This document shows, one piece after another, positions 1 through 10,688 of a stretch of 64,000 nt of DNA. The translations under genes and the position numbers were made by a program. Positions within the stretch are counted from its first letter, which is position 1. Each line of letters opens with the position of its first letter. The stretch is from an uncultured delta proteobacterium (GTDB taxonomy: Bacteria; Desulfobacterota; Binatia; Binatales; Binataceae). Below the pieces are notes generated by a model. That model had not been told where the DNA came from. It saw only the letters and a program-made list of their open reading frames with translations, and searched no databases. The DNA lies in NCBI GenBank assembly GCA_963755705.1, contig CAVWKW010000001.1, forward strand, positions 165,884 through 229,883, in the 5' to 3' direction.

Positions 1-817
1 AAGAACGCCGGGGGCTAACCGCTTGTAAACAAGATTGTTTGTAATGTGCCCCAATACTGAGGGCTTTCCGCAATTCTCGTGGTAGTCCCATCCGTAGAGT
101 CGGAATATCTGTTTGTAGAACTCTGCCGGGAATGTCCTAACGTATGGTTGAAGTTCCTTAGCAACAAACCGCTCTATGATTTTTGCAAGCGCATCGCGCG
201 CTCGAAAATCTTGATAGCCCGTCGCTTCGTCCACGAGGGCGATGATTCCGACGGTTGCAAACCCATGTTGCAGAAGCGCGCATTGTTCGGCGAGACGCGC
301 TTGCTGCTTTTGAAGTAACCCGCGCCTGCCAGCTTCAATAATAACTGCGCAAATGTCCGGCAGGATGGTAGCTTCATATCCATCCGCAGGGTTTCCACCA
401 TGTGGCGGGATGAACCGAATTGGCGAAGTGCTTCGCGCGATTAAGTCCCCGGTATTTAAGCCTTTTTCAGCCAAACTGGCCATCAAAACCGTTAATCGCC
501 TCGCGCCGCGTCGGCCACCAGCTTCGGACAGTCCTATCCCGCCCTGAAGACCTCGCTGAGAGAGCACGCGGCGACCGTCCATGAGCACGTAGCAGGGAAT
601 CTCAATTGGTCCTATTCGGAGTGGCCGATCTGGCGATCCGTATTCGGCGAATACGGGCGGTTCTTTTCCTTCTTTCATCCATCGCGCCACTGCCGCCTGA
701 CGGGCGAGATTGCTGCGCTGCTGAGCAGTCATAGATGCAACGCGCGCCTTACCACCCTTCGATGCGCCAATCGCGGCTAGCGCCCTTCCGTGCTCACTTG
801 ATCCAATTTTACTCATG
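1..817 (-). CDS. Phage-related hypothetical protein (possibly P63C-like); runs off the left window edge
   Basis: Manual reverse-complement translation from ATG at 817-815 gives an uninterrupted frame of about 270 aa to position 1 (MSKIGSSEHGRALAAIGASKGG...GWDYHENCGKPSVLGH). It is absent from the ORF track, presumably because there is no stop inside the window. The phage-like assignment is from motif memory only. Confidence 0.4.
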
Positions 818-852
818 GCAATATGTCTAGCAGCGTTCGCATTTAGTTGCAA

Positions 853-894
853 TACCAGCACGTGCTAGCATTTGACTTCTAACACGTGCTGGCA
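853..894. promoter_or_regulatory. 12-bp inverted repeat (TACCAGCACGTG / CACGTGCTGGCA, two CACGTG palindromes) bracketing a TTGACT -35-like hexamer; TACAAC lies 17 nt downstream
   Basis: Read directly from the sequence at 853-864 and 883-894. TTGACT is at 872-877 and TACAAC at 895-900. This looks like an operator over a promoter between the phage-like gene and the IS. Confidence 0.35.
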
Positions 895-1099
895 TACAAC
901 ATATTTCATGAGAACCACATTAGCCCCGACACCCGCGCTCACCGATGCGAGGGGCCACAACGGAAAGGGCCGCCCTGTCAGCGTGGCTGCGACAGGCGCG
1001 ACCCATGGTGAGCATTCCCAAAAACCGACCGGCGCGAGTGTTGATAGCACCCGCGCCAGTCTCACTTTAACGCATCCGGGTAAGCGGACACGCCAAAGC

Positions 1100-2160
1100 T
1101 GGCAAGCTCTATTGTCGCTTCGCTCGCCCGGTAGGTCAACCCACGGAGCGAGCCATGAACGTCCTACCAATCGAAAAGCAAGTCCAAGTAATTTCCGCTC
1201 TGACCGAAGGCTGTTCGATCCGCTCGACTGAGCGCCTGACTGACGTAAACCGCAACACGATCATGAGCCTGAGCCTTCGCGTCGGCGATGGCTGTGAACA
1301 CTTGCATGACGGCATGATGCGCGATCTGCAAGTGAACCAGATCGAGCTTGATGAACAGTGGGACTTCATCCAGAAAAAGCAGAAGCGCGTGCAGACTGGC
1401 GATCCTAGCGAGTTTGGCGACGTGTGGTTGTTCGTCGCGCTCGCGGCCACACAGAAGGCCGTCCTGAGCTATCTGATTGGGAAGCGCTCGACCGCGAACA
1501 CCCATGCGCTCGCGCGCGATCTGCGCGCCCGGATCGTGAATCGCCCACAGATCACGTCAGACGGATACGCGCCATATGTGGGCGCGGTTGAATCCGCGTT
1601 CGGTTGGGACGTGGACTACGCGATGCTCACGAAAGAGTACGTCGGCGATTCCAATCTGCCCGATGCGGCGCATCGCTACTCGCCCGGTCACGTCGCGGGA
1701 ATCGAAAAGACCGTGATAAGAGGACGCCCAAACGAGGATTTGATCAGCACGTCTTACGTCGAACGCTTCAATCTTTCGAGCCGGATGCAGATGCGCCGGT
1801 TCACGCGGTTGAGCAACGGATTTTCAAAGAAGCTCGAAAGCCATCGCGCGGCAGTCGCGCTTTGGGTCAGCTTCTACAACCTGTGCCGCGTGCATGAAAC
1901 GATGCGCTGCACGCCCGCGATGGCGCTTGGCGTGAGCGATCACATCTGGACGATTGGAGAGCTTGTACAGGCTGCGCTTGCGCCGCAGAACGTACCGCCA
2001 TTGCCGCAGCCGACTCCGCAAACGACGCTGCGACCGGGATACAGGCCGCTCAGACTGATCATCGGACGTGGCGGTAAGGGGGCGAACAAACCCCGCTGAA
2101 AAGGGTTTGCCTCGCGTGTTGCAACAGGTAGTATGGAATTGGTACACACCTCCCAGCGGT
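1100..2160 (+). mobile_element. IS1595/IS1-like insertion sequence (approximate bounds; terminal repeats not resolved)
   Basis: Single transposase ORF. Flanked by a phage-like gene and a small HicB-like ORF, next to housekeeping genes. Confidence 0.45.
1155..2099 (+). CDS. IS1/IS1595-family DDE transposase
   Basis: The C-terminal segment VERFNLSSRMQMRRFTRLSNGFSKKLESHRAAVALWVSFYNLCRVHETM matches the IS1 InsB / IS1595 signature (ERxNLxxRxxxxRLxRKxxxFSKSxExH...YN). N-terminal HTH-like region. One 314-aa ORF, typical for this IS family. Confidence 0.8.
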   Translation: MNVLPIEKQVQVISALTEGCSIRSTERLTDVNRNTIMSLSLRVGDGCEHLHDGMMRDLQVNQIELDEQWDFIQKKQKRVQTGDPSEFGDVWLFVALAATQKAVLSYLIGKRSTANTHALARDLRARIVNRPQITSDGYAPYVGAVESAFGWDVDYAMLTKEYVGDSNLPDAAHRYSPGHVAGIEKTVIRGRPNEDLISTSYVERFNLSSRMQMRRFTRLSNGFSKKLESHRAAVALWVSFYNLCRVHETMRCTPAMALGVSDHIWTIGELVQAALAPQNVPPLPQPTPQTTLRPGYRPLRLIIGRGGKGANKPR

Positions 2161-2193
2161 TCCGCGCTGGTATTAGCCGAGGGAGGATGCCAG

Positions 2194-2514
2194 ATGGAAG
2201 CTCACGAACGCCTCAAAATCCTTCTATTCACTGAAGGCTCAACCTGGATCGCGCAGTGCTTGCAGATTGATATTACTGCGCAGGCCCATTCGCATACGAA
2301 GGCTCTTGACCGTCTCTCGATTCTCTTTTGGGCACAGCACTATCTTGATCAACAGGCGAATCGGCTGCCGTTCTCAGCAATCCAAAAAGCGCCAAAGCGC
2401 TACTGGGATATGTTCAAACAAGGCACCGAAGTTACAATTCATCTGGACCTGCCACCGATTCCAACGGACGACGTAATTCAAGAAGCGGACGTAAAACTGG
2501 CGACGGCGGCATAG
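2194..2514 (+). CDS. Hypothetical protein, HicB-like (antitoxin-fold) small protein
   Basis: GGAGG RBS before ATG at 2194. The segment KILLFTEGSTWIAQCLQIDITAQAHS resembles the HicB N-terminal fold. Weak. Confidence 0.3.
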   Translation: MEAHERLKILLFTEGSTWIAQCLQIDITAQAHSHTKALDRLSILFWAQHYLDQQANRLPFSAIQKAPKRYWDMFKQGTEVTIHLDLPPIPTDDVIQEADVKLATAA

Positions 2515-2888
2515 CCGACCGCCAGTGAACGCGCCCGCTCCGCTCTACCCGACGTTTGCGCAATTCCGGCAAATTCTCATCGACAGATTTCGTTGCACGG
2601 TAGATCCGCCGATTCCTAATCTTGTTTACAGTCCGACGACGATCACTACGTTCAGGCGGAATGTAGGCAATGCGGACTGTGATTGGACGGCGTACATGGA
2701 CGACGATGAAACTATCACGCGGGAAATAGCGCTTGCCGCCTGCCGACACTTGCGCATTTATCCGGGCTATCTGAATTTCCTGCCCAATCCGCCAGTTCCT
2801 TGACTGTCTTAATTTCCCGCCCCGAGTGGCTTAATTCAGACAGTACCCCGGGCTCTTGAATCGGCCATCGGCGACTCGAGGGTTGCTC

Positions 2889-3422
2889 CTATCCGCGCTT
2901 AACGTCGCTTGCTGATCGCCCGATCGCATCGCTGATGTATTCGAACGTCTCGTCGAGTTCCATCCAATGCGAGATTCTGAGGCGACTGCCCTCTTCGAGA
3001 TCCTTGTAATGGTTGAAGAAGTGGCTGATCTGTTCATGCAGAATTGGCGGAAGATCGGACAGCGTCTGAACGGCAATGTAGTAAGGGTTTAATCTGTCCA
3101 CGGGAACCGCGATGATCTTCTGATCGCCGTCTTCCATCGCAAGGCCGCCGATTGGCCGGCATCGAATGACCGCGAGCGGGATGATGGGGACTTGTGAAAC
3201 AACCAGCACGTCACATGGATCCCCGTCCCGACACAGGGTGTGCGGAATGAGTCCGTAGTTGGCAGGATAGGACATGGGAGTATGCAGAAAGCGGTTAACG
3301 AAGAGGCAACCCGAGGCCGGATCGAACTCGTATTTGATCGGCGCTCCGCCCTGAGGAATCTCAATTATGACATTGACCTCGGACGGAGGATTGTCTCCCG
3401 CTGAAATCTTTCTGATATCCAT
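2889..3422 (-). CDS. ppa: Inorganic pyrophosphatase (family I)
   Basis: NVIIEIPQGGAPIKYEFDPASGCLFVNRFLHTPMSYPANYGLIPHTL...DGDPCDVLVV is a canonical Ppa signature. 177 aa. Confidence 0.95.
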   Translation of the reverse strand: MDIRKISAGDNPPSEVNVIIEIPQGGAPIKYEFDPASGCLFVNRFLHTPMSYPANYGLIPHTLCRDGDPCDVLVVSQVPIIPLAVIRCRPIGGLAMEDGDQKIIAVPVDRLNPYYIAVQTLSDLPPILHEQISHFFNHYKDLEEGSRLRISHWMELDETFEYISDAIGRSASDVKRG

Positions 3423-3502
3423 TTTTAAGTCCTCTCAACGTTAGGCCGGCATGATTCCACTGCACGAGATCGAACACTCAGAGGTCGCCGGACCAATGAC
3501 AT

Positions 3503-3533
3503 AAAAAAACTCCTGCGGCGCGTACCGCAGGAG
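3503..3533 (-). terminator. Rho-independent terminator (minus strand) after the eno-hypothetical genes
   Basis: Hairpin CTCCTGCGG-cgcgta-CCGCAGGAG preceded on + by AAAAAAA, which is a T-run on the minus strand. Confidence 0.6.
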
Positions 3534-3627
3534 TCATCGGCCGCTCGCTGAGAGCGGCAATTTTGGTGGACTCCACCACCTTCGAGATCAACCTAGCAGA
3601 GCGATCGGTTCCCCCGCCAGCTTTGAT

Positions 3628-3963
3628 TTACTCCAAAAGATCGGGGAAACGGACGTGGCGAAATGCGATCGCGAAGTCGTAAATGATGTCCGGCATAGTC
3701 ACCGACATCAGGAGAGTATCGGCGAAGGGAACTCGCCAGACCTTGGCAGCGGCTGACGCGTACCAGGGGTAGCAAAAGACGACGCGACGCTCCTCCGGCA
3801 AGATCAAGGCGCCTAATGCCTTTGCTATTGGACACTCGGCATTGGCCGAGTGTATCGAGCCGCGTGGAAGGACCGTCAATGCAGGTTCACGGACCTCGCT
3901 TCTAACGGCGTTGATCAGTTGTAGCGCATTTGAGGCAAGTTGTGACGCGAATACTGCGTCCAC
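3628..3963 (-). CDS. Hypothetical protein (111 aa) co-oriented between eno and ppa
   Basis: Intact ORF with appropriate spacing. No recognisable motif. Confidence 0.4.
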   Translation of the reverse strand: MDAVFASQLASNALQLINAVRSEVREPALTVLPRGSIHSANAECPIAKALGALILPEERRVVFCYPWYASAAAKVWRVPFADTLLMSVTMPDIIYDFAIAFRHVRFPDLLE

Positions 3964-4084
3964 GGAGGACCCCGCCCTGCAGGAGTCATTGGCGTGCCGA
4001 CCAGCAGCAGCGTTTCAGCGGACTCCACCGCGTTCCCGCGCATCGTCATGCGCGGGCGAATTTGCCATTTCCCGGCGCGGCAGC

Positions 4085-5386
<1,302 letters not shown>

Positions 5387-5431
5387 TCATAAGACGAGGA
5401 GAATGCAAGCGTGCCTGTGCGAGAAAGATCT

Positions 5432-5460
5432 TGACTAGCGCGCTCGTCAGTTGTCTTATG
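5432..5460 (+). promoter_or_regulatory. Candidate sigma70-type promoter for riboswitch 1 (TTGACT-17-TCTTAT)
   Basis: TTGACT at 5432-5437. Weak -10. Positioned about 10 nt upstream of the riboswitch start. Confidence 0.3.
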
Positions 5461-5469
5461 GTACTCGCG

Positions 5470-5560
5470 AACGGTGATGGGGTTCCACCGACAACCGCTC
5501 CCGCTTGAGTGAGCTGATGACCCCTACTGATGTTGAACATGGTAGGGGCTTTTCTTTTGA
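5470..5560 (+). promoter_or_regulatory. Fluoride riboswitch (crcB RNA motif) with terminator-type expression platform
   Basis: GGTGATGGGGTTCCACCGACAACCGCTCCCGCTTGAGTGAGCTGATGACCCCTACTG aligns with the T. petrophila fluoride aptamer GGGCGAUGAGGCCCGCCCAAACUGCCCUGAAAAGGGCUGAUGGCCUCUACUG. Shared elements are GAUGG, AACCGC and CUGAUG..CCUAC. The 3' CCCCTAC is re-used in the hairpin CCCCTAC-N14-GTAGGGG followed by CTTTTCTTTT. Confidence 0.85.
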
Positions 5561-5685
5561 AAGGGCTCTGCCGCAAGAGACGGAGTCCTTTGTGACCGTT
5601 CATATTCCGAACATGACAGCCTTCTGAGAGAACGCTTCGGCGCGGGTGTGCCTGCGACTCAATCCGGTTGGGAGGGCAATGATCT

Positions 5686-6990
5686 ATGTTCACAGGCAGA
5701 GGTAAGCAGCTGACTCTCTTCGTGACCGAAACCGATCACTATCGCCATCAATCGTTGTACATGGCGATTATCGAGATGCTCCGACGCGAGGGATGCAGCG
5801 GCGCGACCGCCATCCGCGGGATCGCCGGGTTTGGGGCATCCAGCCTGATACATACTGCCGCAATTCTGAGGCTGTCATTGGATCAGCCGTTGATGATTAC
5901 TGTTGTGGACCGGGCCGAGCGAATCGAGCGAGTTCTGCAGCCGCTGCGCGAAATGGCCCCCGCCGCCTTGATCACCATTCTGGACGTGGAAGTTGTTCAA
6001 TCCGGGGCGCCCTTTAAGGAGGGTCTGCCCGACGTGAAGGTCGTCGAGGTAATGCGTCGCGAAGTTGCGACGGTGCATCCCGACAGTCCCGTTACAGAGG
6101 TCGTTGAGTTGCTTTTACAGAAGGATTTTACCGCCGTACCAGTCGTGGATGACGAGGGAAAGGTCGTCGGCATGGTCAGCGACAGCGATCTACTGACGCG
6201 CGGCGGCATGAACGTGACGATCAGTCTTAAGAAAGCGACCGATCTGGACTTCGTACGCGGGATTCATGAATCGCTGGAGAATCCGGCACGCAAAGTTTCA
6301 GAAGTCATGACACGCGAAGTAGTAACCGTCGATCCCGAAATGATTCTTGGCCGGGCCGCGCGAGTGATGGTGGAAAAGCACCTGAAGCGACTGCCGGTAG
6401 TCGACGACGCCGGCAAGCTCGTCGGAATCCTGGGCCGGCTCGATATTTTGAATACAATCGCCGCCGTTCATCTGCCCGAATGGCACCCGGAAGCCCGGAG
6501 CATCGGCGCACAAGCCACAGTTGGCGAGGTGATGACGCGTGAGGTTCCAGTCTTACACGAATCCGCAACCGTGGAAGAAATTTTTGAGCTGCTGGTCTCG
6601 TCCTCTCACAAACGGGTGGTCGTAGTCAACGCGAAAAGGCATGTGGTTGGAATCGTCGCTGATTCAGACCTGATATCGAAGGTGAGCCGTGAACATTGGC
6701 CGGGGCTGATGGAACTCCTGGTCTCGAAAGTCCCGATCGAAAGAATCAGCGGCGTCGCTCGAAAGCACGTCCAGCAACTGCGCGCGCGTTCAGCGAAAGA
6801 GCTGATGACGCGAGGCGTGATCACGGTCCGGGAGAAAATGCCCGTCGCCAGCGCTCTCGCGCTTTCAGCGGAAAAACGTGTAAAGCGCCTCCCCGTTGTG
6901 GACGCCGAAAATGAACTGGTCGGGATCGTCGGACGCACCGAAATGATGAGAGCGCTTCTGGCCGGCGGCGCGCCGACGAAAGGTTCGTAG
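5686..6990 (+). CDS. DUF190 (PII-like) N-terminal domain fused to four CBS domains; fluoride-riboswitch-associated protein
   Basis: N-terminal ~100 aa (LTLFVTETDHYRHQSLYMAIIEMLRREGCSGATAIRGIAGFG) is a DUF190-type domain, which commonly neighbours crcB. It is followed by repeated CBS units (VxEVMTREVxTV...). Immediately upstream of crcB. Confidence 0.8.
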   Translation: MFTGRGKQLTLFVTETDHYRHQSLYMAIIEMLRREGCSGATAIRGIAGFGASSLIHTAAILRLSLDQPLMITVVDRAERIERVLQPLREMAPAALITILDVEVVQSGAPFKEGLPDVKVVEVMRREVATVHPDSPVTEVVELLLQKDFTAVPVVDDEGKVVGMVSDSDLLTRGGMNVTISLKKATDLDFVRGIHESLENPARKVSEVMTREVVTVDPEMILGRAARVMVEKHLKRLPVVDDAGKLVGILGRLDILNTIAAVHLPEWHPEARSIGAQATVGEVMTREVPVLHESATVEEIFELLVSSSHKRVVVVNAKRHVVGIVADSDLISKVSREHWPGLMELLVSKVPIERISGVARKHVQQLRARSAKELMTRGVITVREKMPVASALALSAEKRVKRLPVVDAENELVGIVGRTEMMRALLAGGAPTKGS

Positions 6991-6991
6991 C

Positions 6992-7366
6992 GTGGAGAGA
7001 GTCCTTCTGGTGGGGTCTGGCGGAGCTATCGGATCGGTCACTCGCTATCTGGTTGGTGGATGGTTCGCTGCTCGTTTCGGAAGCGCTTTTCCCTATGGAA
7101 CTTATGTAATCAACGGTACCGCGAGCTTCATCATCGGTTTTTTCCTGGCGCTCGCTCAGGTGCGCGCAGGGATCGGTCCCTACTGGCGATTGTTTGTGGC
7201 GACCGGTTTCGTCGGCGGTTATTCCACCTTTTCGACCTTCGAATACGAGTCAATGAGACTGCTCCAGGATGGCGAGATGCTATATGGGATGCTCTACCTG
7301 ATCGGAAGTATGGTGACGGGTCTCGGAGGTGCTCTCGCGGGCATTGCACTTGGCGGTTGGATTTGA
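6992..7366 (+). CDS. crcB: Fluoride ion channel CrcB/Fluc
   Basis: 124 aa, four TM helices. GSGGAIGSVTRYLV...YGTYVINGTASFIIGFF and GGYSTFSTF motifs are typical of CrcB. Directly downstream of the riboswitch-controlled gene. Confidence 0.85.
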   Translation: MERVLLVGSGGAIGSVTRYLVGGWFAARFGSAFPYGTYVINGTASFIIGFFLALAQVRAGIGPYWRLFVATGFVGGYSTFSTFEYESMRLLQDGEMLYGMLYLIGSMVTGLGGALAGIALGGWI

Positions 7367-7369
7367 GTT

Positions 7370-7398
7370 GACTGCAACGAATCCCTTGCTAGACTTCT
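7370..7398 (+). promoter_or_regulatory. Candidate promoter for riboswitch 2 (TTGACT-16-TAGACT)
   Basis: TTGACT at 7370-7375. TAGACT begins 16 nt downstream and lies about 7 nt before the riboswitch. Confidence 0.3.
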
Positions 7399-7407
7399 TC
7401 GAGCAGA

Positions 7408-7500
7408 GTTGGTGATGGGGTTCACCGCTACAACCGCCCTTTCCTGAGCTGGGCTGATGACCCCTACCGAGGTGTAAGCCGGTAGGGGTTGGCTTTCTCA
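7408..7500 (+). promoter_or_regulatory. Second fluoride riboswitch (crcB motif) with terminator-type expression platform
   Basis: GGTGATGGGGTTCACCGCTACAACCGCCCTTTCCTGAGCTGGGCTGATGACCCCTACC is a near-copy of the riboswitch-1 aptamer core. It is followed by the hairpin CCCCTACC-N12-GGTAGGGG and TTGGCTTTCTC. Confidence 0.85.
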
Positions 7501-7593
7501 GGTTCCCTACCTGGTCATTCGAGATCTCTCGCAAATCGGCGCCGCCTCGCGCCGAGGGACGAGACTTAACGCCGCATGGAACGAGCGTAGCGG

Positions 7594-8547
7594 ATGATGG
7601 CGCGTTCGATCGGGTTCAACCTGCTTCAAGTGCTGTTCGTTGTCGCACTGGCCCCGCTGGTCTCGGGCGTGTTGTCGCGGCTTAAGGAGATCGTTCAATC
7701 GCGGCGCGGTCCCAGCGTTCTTCAGCCCTATCGCGACCTACGAAAGCTGTTCAACAAAGACGAAGTTGTGTCCGAGTATGCTTCCTGGGTTTTTCGGGTG
7801 ACTCCTTACGTTGTTTTTGTTGCGCCGATCTTCGTAACCACGCTGATTCCGGTGCTCACCAGCTATCCGCTCTTTTTCGCTTTCATGGGCGACATGCTGG
7901 GAGCCGGTTTCGTGCTGGCGCTAGGCGGTTTCTTTGCCACGCTTGCGGCGGTTGATACTGCCAATCCCTACGGCCCGATGGGCGCCAGTCGAACCCGGAT
8001 GGTTGGCTTCCTGGCGGAACCCGTTTTCATGATAGTTTTTTTTACAGTCTCATTCGTGGCCGGCTCGACAATCCCTTACGTCGTTCAGCAGCACTGGGTG
8101 ACGCCGTTTTCGAATTTTCTTGCACCTTCGCACGTGCTGTTGGTGATCGCGTTCATCATGCTCATCATCGCCGAGGCTGGCCGGATTCCGGTGGACAATC
8201 CGACTGGCCATTTCGAACTCGCGATGATCGACGAGTCGAAGAGTCTCGAGTACTCGGGCACCGGTATGGCGCTGATGAAATGGGGCGGGCAGATGAAGCT
8301 GCTGGTGCTGATGTGCATCCTGCTCAACGTATTGGTAACGCCATGGGGACTTGCCATCGGCCAGAACACTGCCGAGGTCCTGCTGGCGGCACCGCTGGTG
8401 CTCTTCAAAGTAGCGATTTTTATACTGGTGGTGGTAGTGATCGAATCCTCACTCTCGAAATTGCGGCTCTTTCGCGTCAGTGAATTTCTGGGCGCGGCCT
8501 TCGTAACCTCGGTGGTAGCAATGATCACCGGGCTACTGAGCTTTTAG
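7594..8547 (+). CDS. Ehr/Hyf-type complex membrane subunit, NuoH/HycD-like (EhrB-like)
   Basis: 317 aa polytopic. LQPYRDLRKLFNKDEV corresponds to the NuoH QPxADxxKLxxKE signature. Confidence 0.8.
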   Translation: MMARSIGFNLLQVLFVVALAPLVSGVLSRLKEIVQSRRGPSVLQPYRDLRKLFNKDEVVSEYASWVFRVTPYVVFVAPIFVTTLIPVLTSYPLFFAFMGDMLGAGFVLALGGFFATLAAVDTANPYGPMGASRTRMVGFLAEPVFMIVFFTVSFVAGSTIPYVVQQHWVTPFSNFLAPSHVLLVIAFIMLIIAEAGRIPVDNPTGHFELAMIDESKSLEYSGTGMALMKWGGQMKLLVLMCILLNVLVTPWGLAIGQNTAEVLLAAPLVLFKVAIFILVVVVIESSLSKLRLFRVSEFLGAAFVTSVVAMITGLLSF

Positions 8548-8559
8548 CCAAAGACTCCA

Positions 8560-9240
8560 ATGGCGAATTACTACGCATTCATGAGCTCGCTGAATGGCCT
8601 GGCCGCGGGACTGTTCCTGATGAGTTCGTTCGGGCTCGCGGCGACGCGCCAGATGCAGGGATGCCAGCGATTCTATATTACTCAGTCTTTGTGCCTGGTG
8701 GTGTCGGCGCTGTTGCTCGGCCTCGGTTTGCACGCACCCGACCTGTTGGCGGTCGCCGCGCTTGACGTGGTGGTAAAGCCGATTGTAATTCCACGGCTGC
8801 TCCGACGCATGGTGCCTGAAGCCATTTTCAGAAGACGCGAGATCGATCAGGTATTGAATATTCCCAGCTCGCTGCTGATCGCGCTCGCGTTGACGCTGCT
8901 GGCCTATTTTCTTAGTGGATATCTGCCACCGGCGGCCGGCAGTTTGGCAAGAATCAACCTTCCTATTGGCCTCGCGGGGATATTCATAGGCATTTACACG
9001 CTCACGGTTCGGCGCGAGGCGGTGCCTCAACTGATTGGCATCTTTGGCATCGAGAATGGCGCCTTGCTTTGTGGCTTCGCGATTGCGCCGACGCTGCCAC
9101 TGGTAATCGAGATGGTCTTCCCGTTCGATATGCTGATCATCGCGCTGGTTATCGGAATCCTCACTCGAATGACGCATGAACGGGTCGGAACGACCGAGGT
9201 GGGTGGCTTCAGGACTCTGCGAGAAGGTTCCGGGAAATGA
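8560..9240 (+). CDS. Ehr/Hyf-type small membrane subunit, HyfE-like (EhrC-like)
   Basis: 226-aa hydrophobic protein in the position and of the size of HyfE. No catalytic motifs expected. Confidence 0.6.
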   Translation: MANYYAFMSSLNGLAAGLFLMSSFGLAATRQMQGCQRFYITQSLCLVVSALLLGLGLHAPDLLAVAALDVVVKPIVIPRLLRRMVPEAIFRRREIDQVLNIPSSLLIALALTLLAYFLSGYLPPAAGSLARINLPIGLAGIFIGIYTLTVRREAVPQLIGIFGIENGALLCGFAIAPTLPLVIEMVFPFDMLIIALVIGILTRMTHERVGTTEVGGFRTLREGSGK

Positions 9241-10685
9241 TCCTCTTCGTGATTCTCGCGCTTCCGCTGATTGCCGCGTCAATATCGGCAATCCCGCTCG
9301 GTCGCCGCGTCGCTCCTGCGGTTACGCTTGCGTCGTGTGTGGCAGTACTGGAGTTGACGGTCGCGGCAGCGCTGCGCGTCGTCGCGGGAGAATCGGTGGT
9401 TGCGATACGTAACTGGATCGCCATTGACGGACTAAGCACGTTGGTATTGTTGCTGGTCGCGACGGTGGGAAGTACCGCGGCGCTCTTTTCGTGGGGCTAC
9501 ATCGCTCGGGAAAAGAATTCACGCCATCTGCGCCGCTATTATGCCAATTACAATTTGTTTGTGTTCGCGATGCTCTCGGTGCCCATGCTTATCGAGCCGA
9601 ACCTGGTGTGGACCGGAGTGGAGTTGACCACGATTCTTTCCGTTTACCTGGTCGCATTCGAAAATACTGGCGAAGCTCTGGAAGCCGCGTGGAAGTACTC
9701 AGTGCTCACGATTATGGGGGGAGCGATAGCTCTGCTCGGATTTCTGGCCCTGTATGCCGCGACGCGGGGCAGGTACCCGGGAGTGCCTTACACCTGGCAT
9801 ACGCTGATCGTGCTTGCGCCCAAAGTTTCGCCGGGTGTGCTTGAGACCGCGTTCGTCTTGATTCTCGTTGGGTTTGGCGCCAAGGCCGGTTTGGTTCCCC
9901 TGCACACGTGGCTGCCCGACGCGCACAGCCAGGCGCCGAGCCCGATATGCGCGCTGCTCTCAGGGATCAAGACCACGGTGATTTTATACGTGATATTGCG
10001 TCTCATTCCGGTGTTGAACGCTTCTGGAAAGATCGATATCGACGCTTGGGCGATGGTCGTAGGTTTGTTCTCGGTAGGTATTGCCGCATTTCTGATTATT
10101 CAGGTGACTGACTATAAGCGGCTGTTCGCATTCTCCACGGTCGAGCATATGGGAATCATTTTGGCCGCCGCTGGGATTGGTGGTGCCGCCGGTCATTATG
10201 GCGCCGTATATCAAATACTAAACCATGCGCTGACCAAATCGTTTTGTTTTTTTGCGGCCGGCGCGACCTTACTCGCAGTGGACACGCGGCAAATCGCGGA
10301 AGTGCGGGGATTGATACGGACCTCGCCCCCCGCGGGTGTGGCTCTGCTGTTCGGCGGAATCGCGATCGCCGGTGCACCACCGCTGGCGGTCTTTTTGAGT
10401 GAGTTCTCGATCCTGCGCTCAGGAATCGCTGCGCAACACTATCTTGCAACCGGTCTGCTCGCTGGATTCGTAATAGTTGCATTCTTCGGGATTCTTTATC
10501 ACCTCAACCGGATGGTTTTCGGGAAACCGCAATCGACCACCGAAAATATAGTACCGGTAAAACTGCCGGTGAGCTGTATCCTGACGCTAATTCTGGCCGC
10601 GATACCGATCATCATTCTCGGAGTCTATATGCCGCAGTCGCTGCATACTCTTCTTCGGATGGCTGCCGACGGCCTGACGAGGTGA
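9237..10685 (+). CDS. Ehr/Hyf-type antiporter-like subunit, NuoN/NuoM/HyfF-like (EhrD-like)
   Basis: 482 aa, about 14 TM. Mrp/NuoLMN-family pattern (WTGVELTTILSVYLVAFE..., GFGAKAGLVPLHTWLPDAHSQAP). Confidence 0.8.
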   Translation: MILFVILALPLIAASISAIPLGRRVAPAVTLASCVAVLELTVAAALRVVAGESVVAIRNWIAIDGLSTLVLLLVATVGSTAALFSWGYIAREKNSRHLRRYYANYNLFVFAMLSVPMLIEPNLVWTGVELTTILSVYLVAFENTGEALEAAWKYSVLTIMGGAIALLGFLALYAATRGRYPGVPYTWHTLIVLAPKVSPGVLETAFVLILVGFGAKAGLVPLHTWLPDAHSQAPSPICALLSGIKTTVILYVILRLIPVLNASGKIDIDAWAMVVGLFSVGIAAFLIIQVTDYKRLFAFSTVEHMGIILAAAGIGGAAGHYGAVYQILNHALTKSFCFFAAGATLLAVDTRQIAEVRGLIRTSPPAGVALLFGGIAIAGAPPLAVFLSEFSILRSGIAAQHYLATGLLAGFVIVAFFGILYHLNRMVFGKPQSTTENIVPVKLPVSCILTLILAAIPIIILGVYMPQSLHTLLRMAADGLTR

Positions 10686-10688
10686 TCG

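Noticed and set aside
2525-2803. 92-aa ORF downstream of the HicB-like gene as a HicA toxin
   Set aside because: No HicA-like motif. Composition and context are unconvincing.
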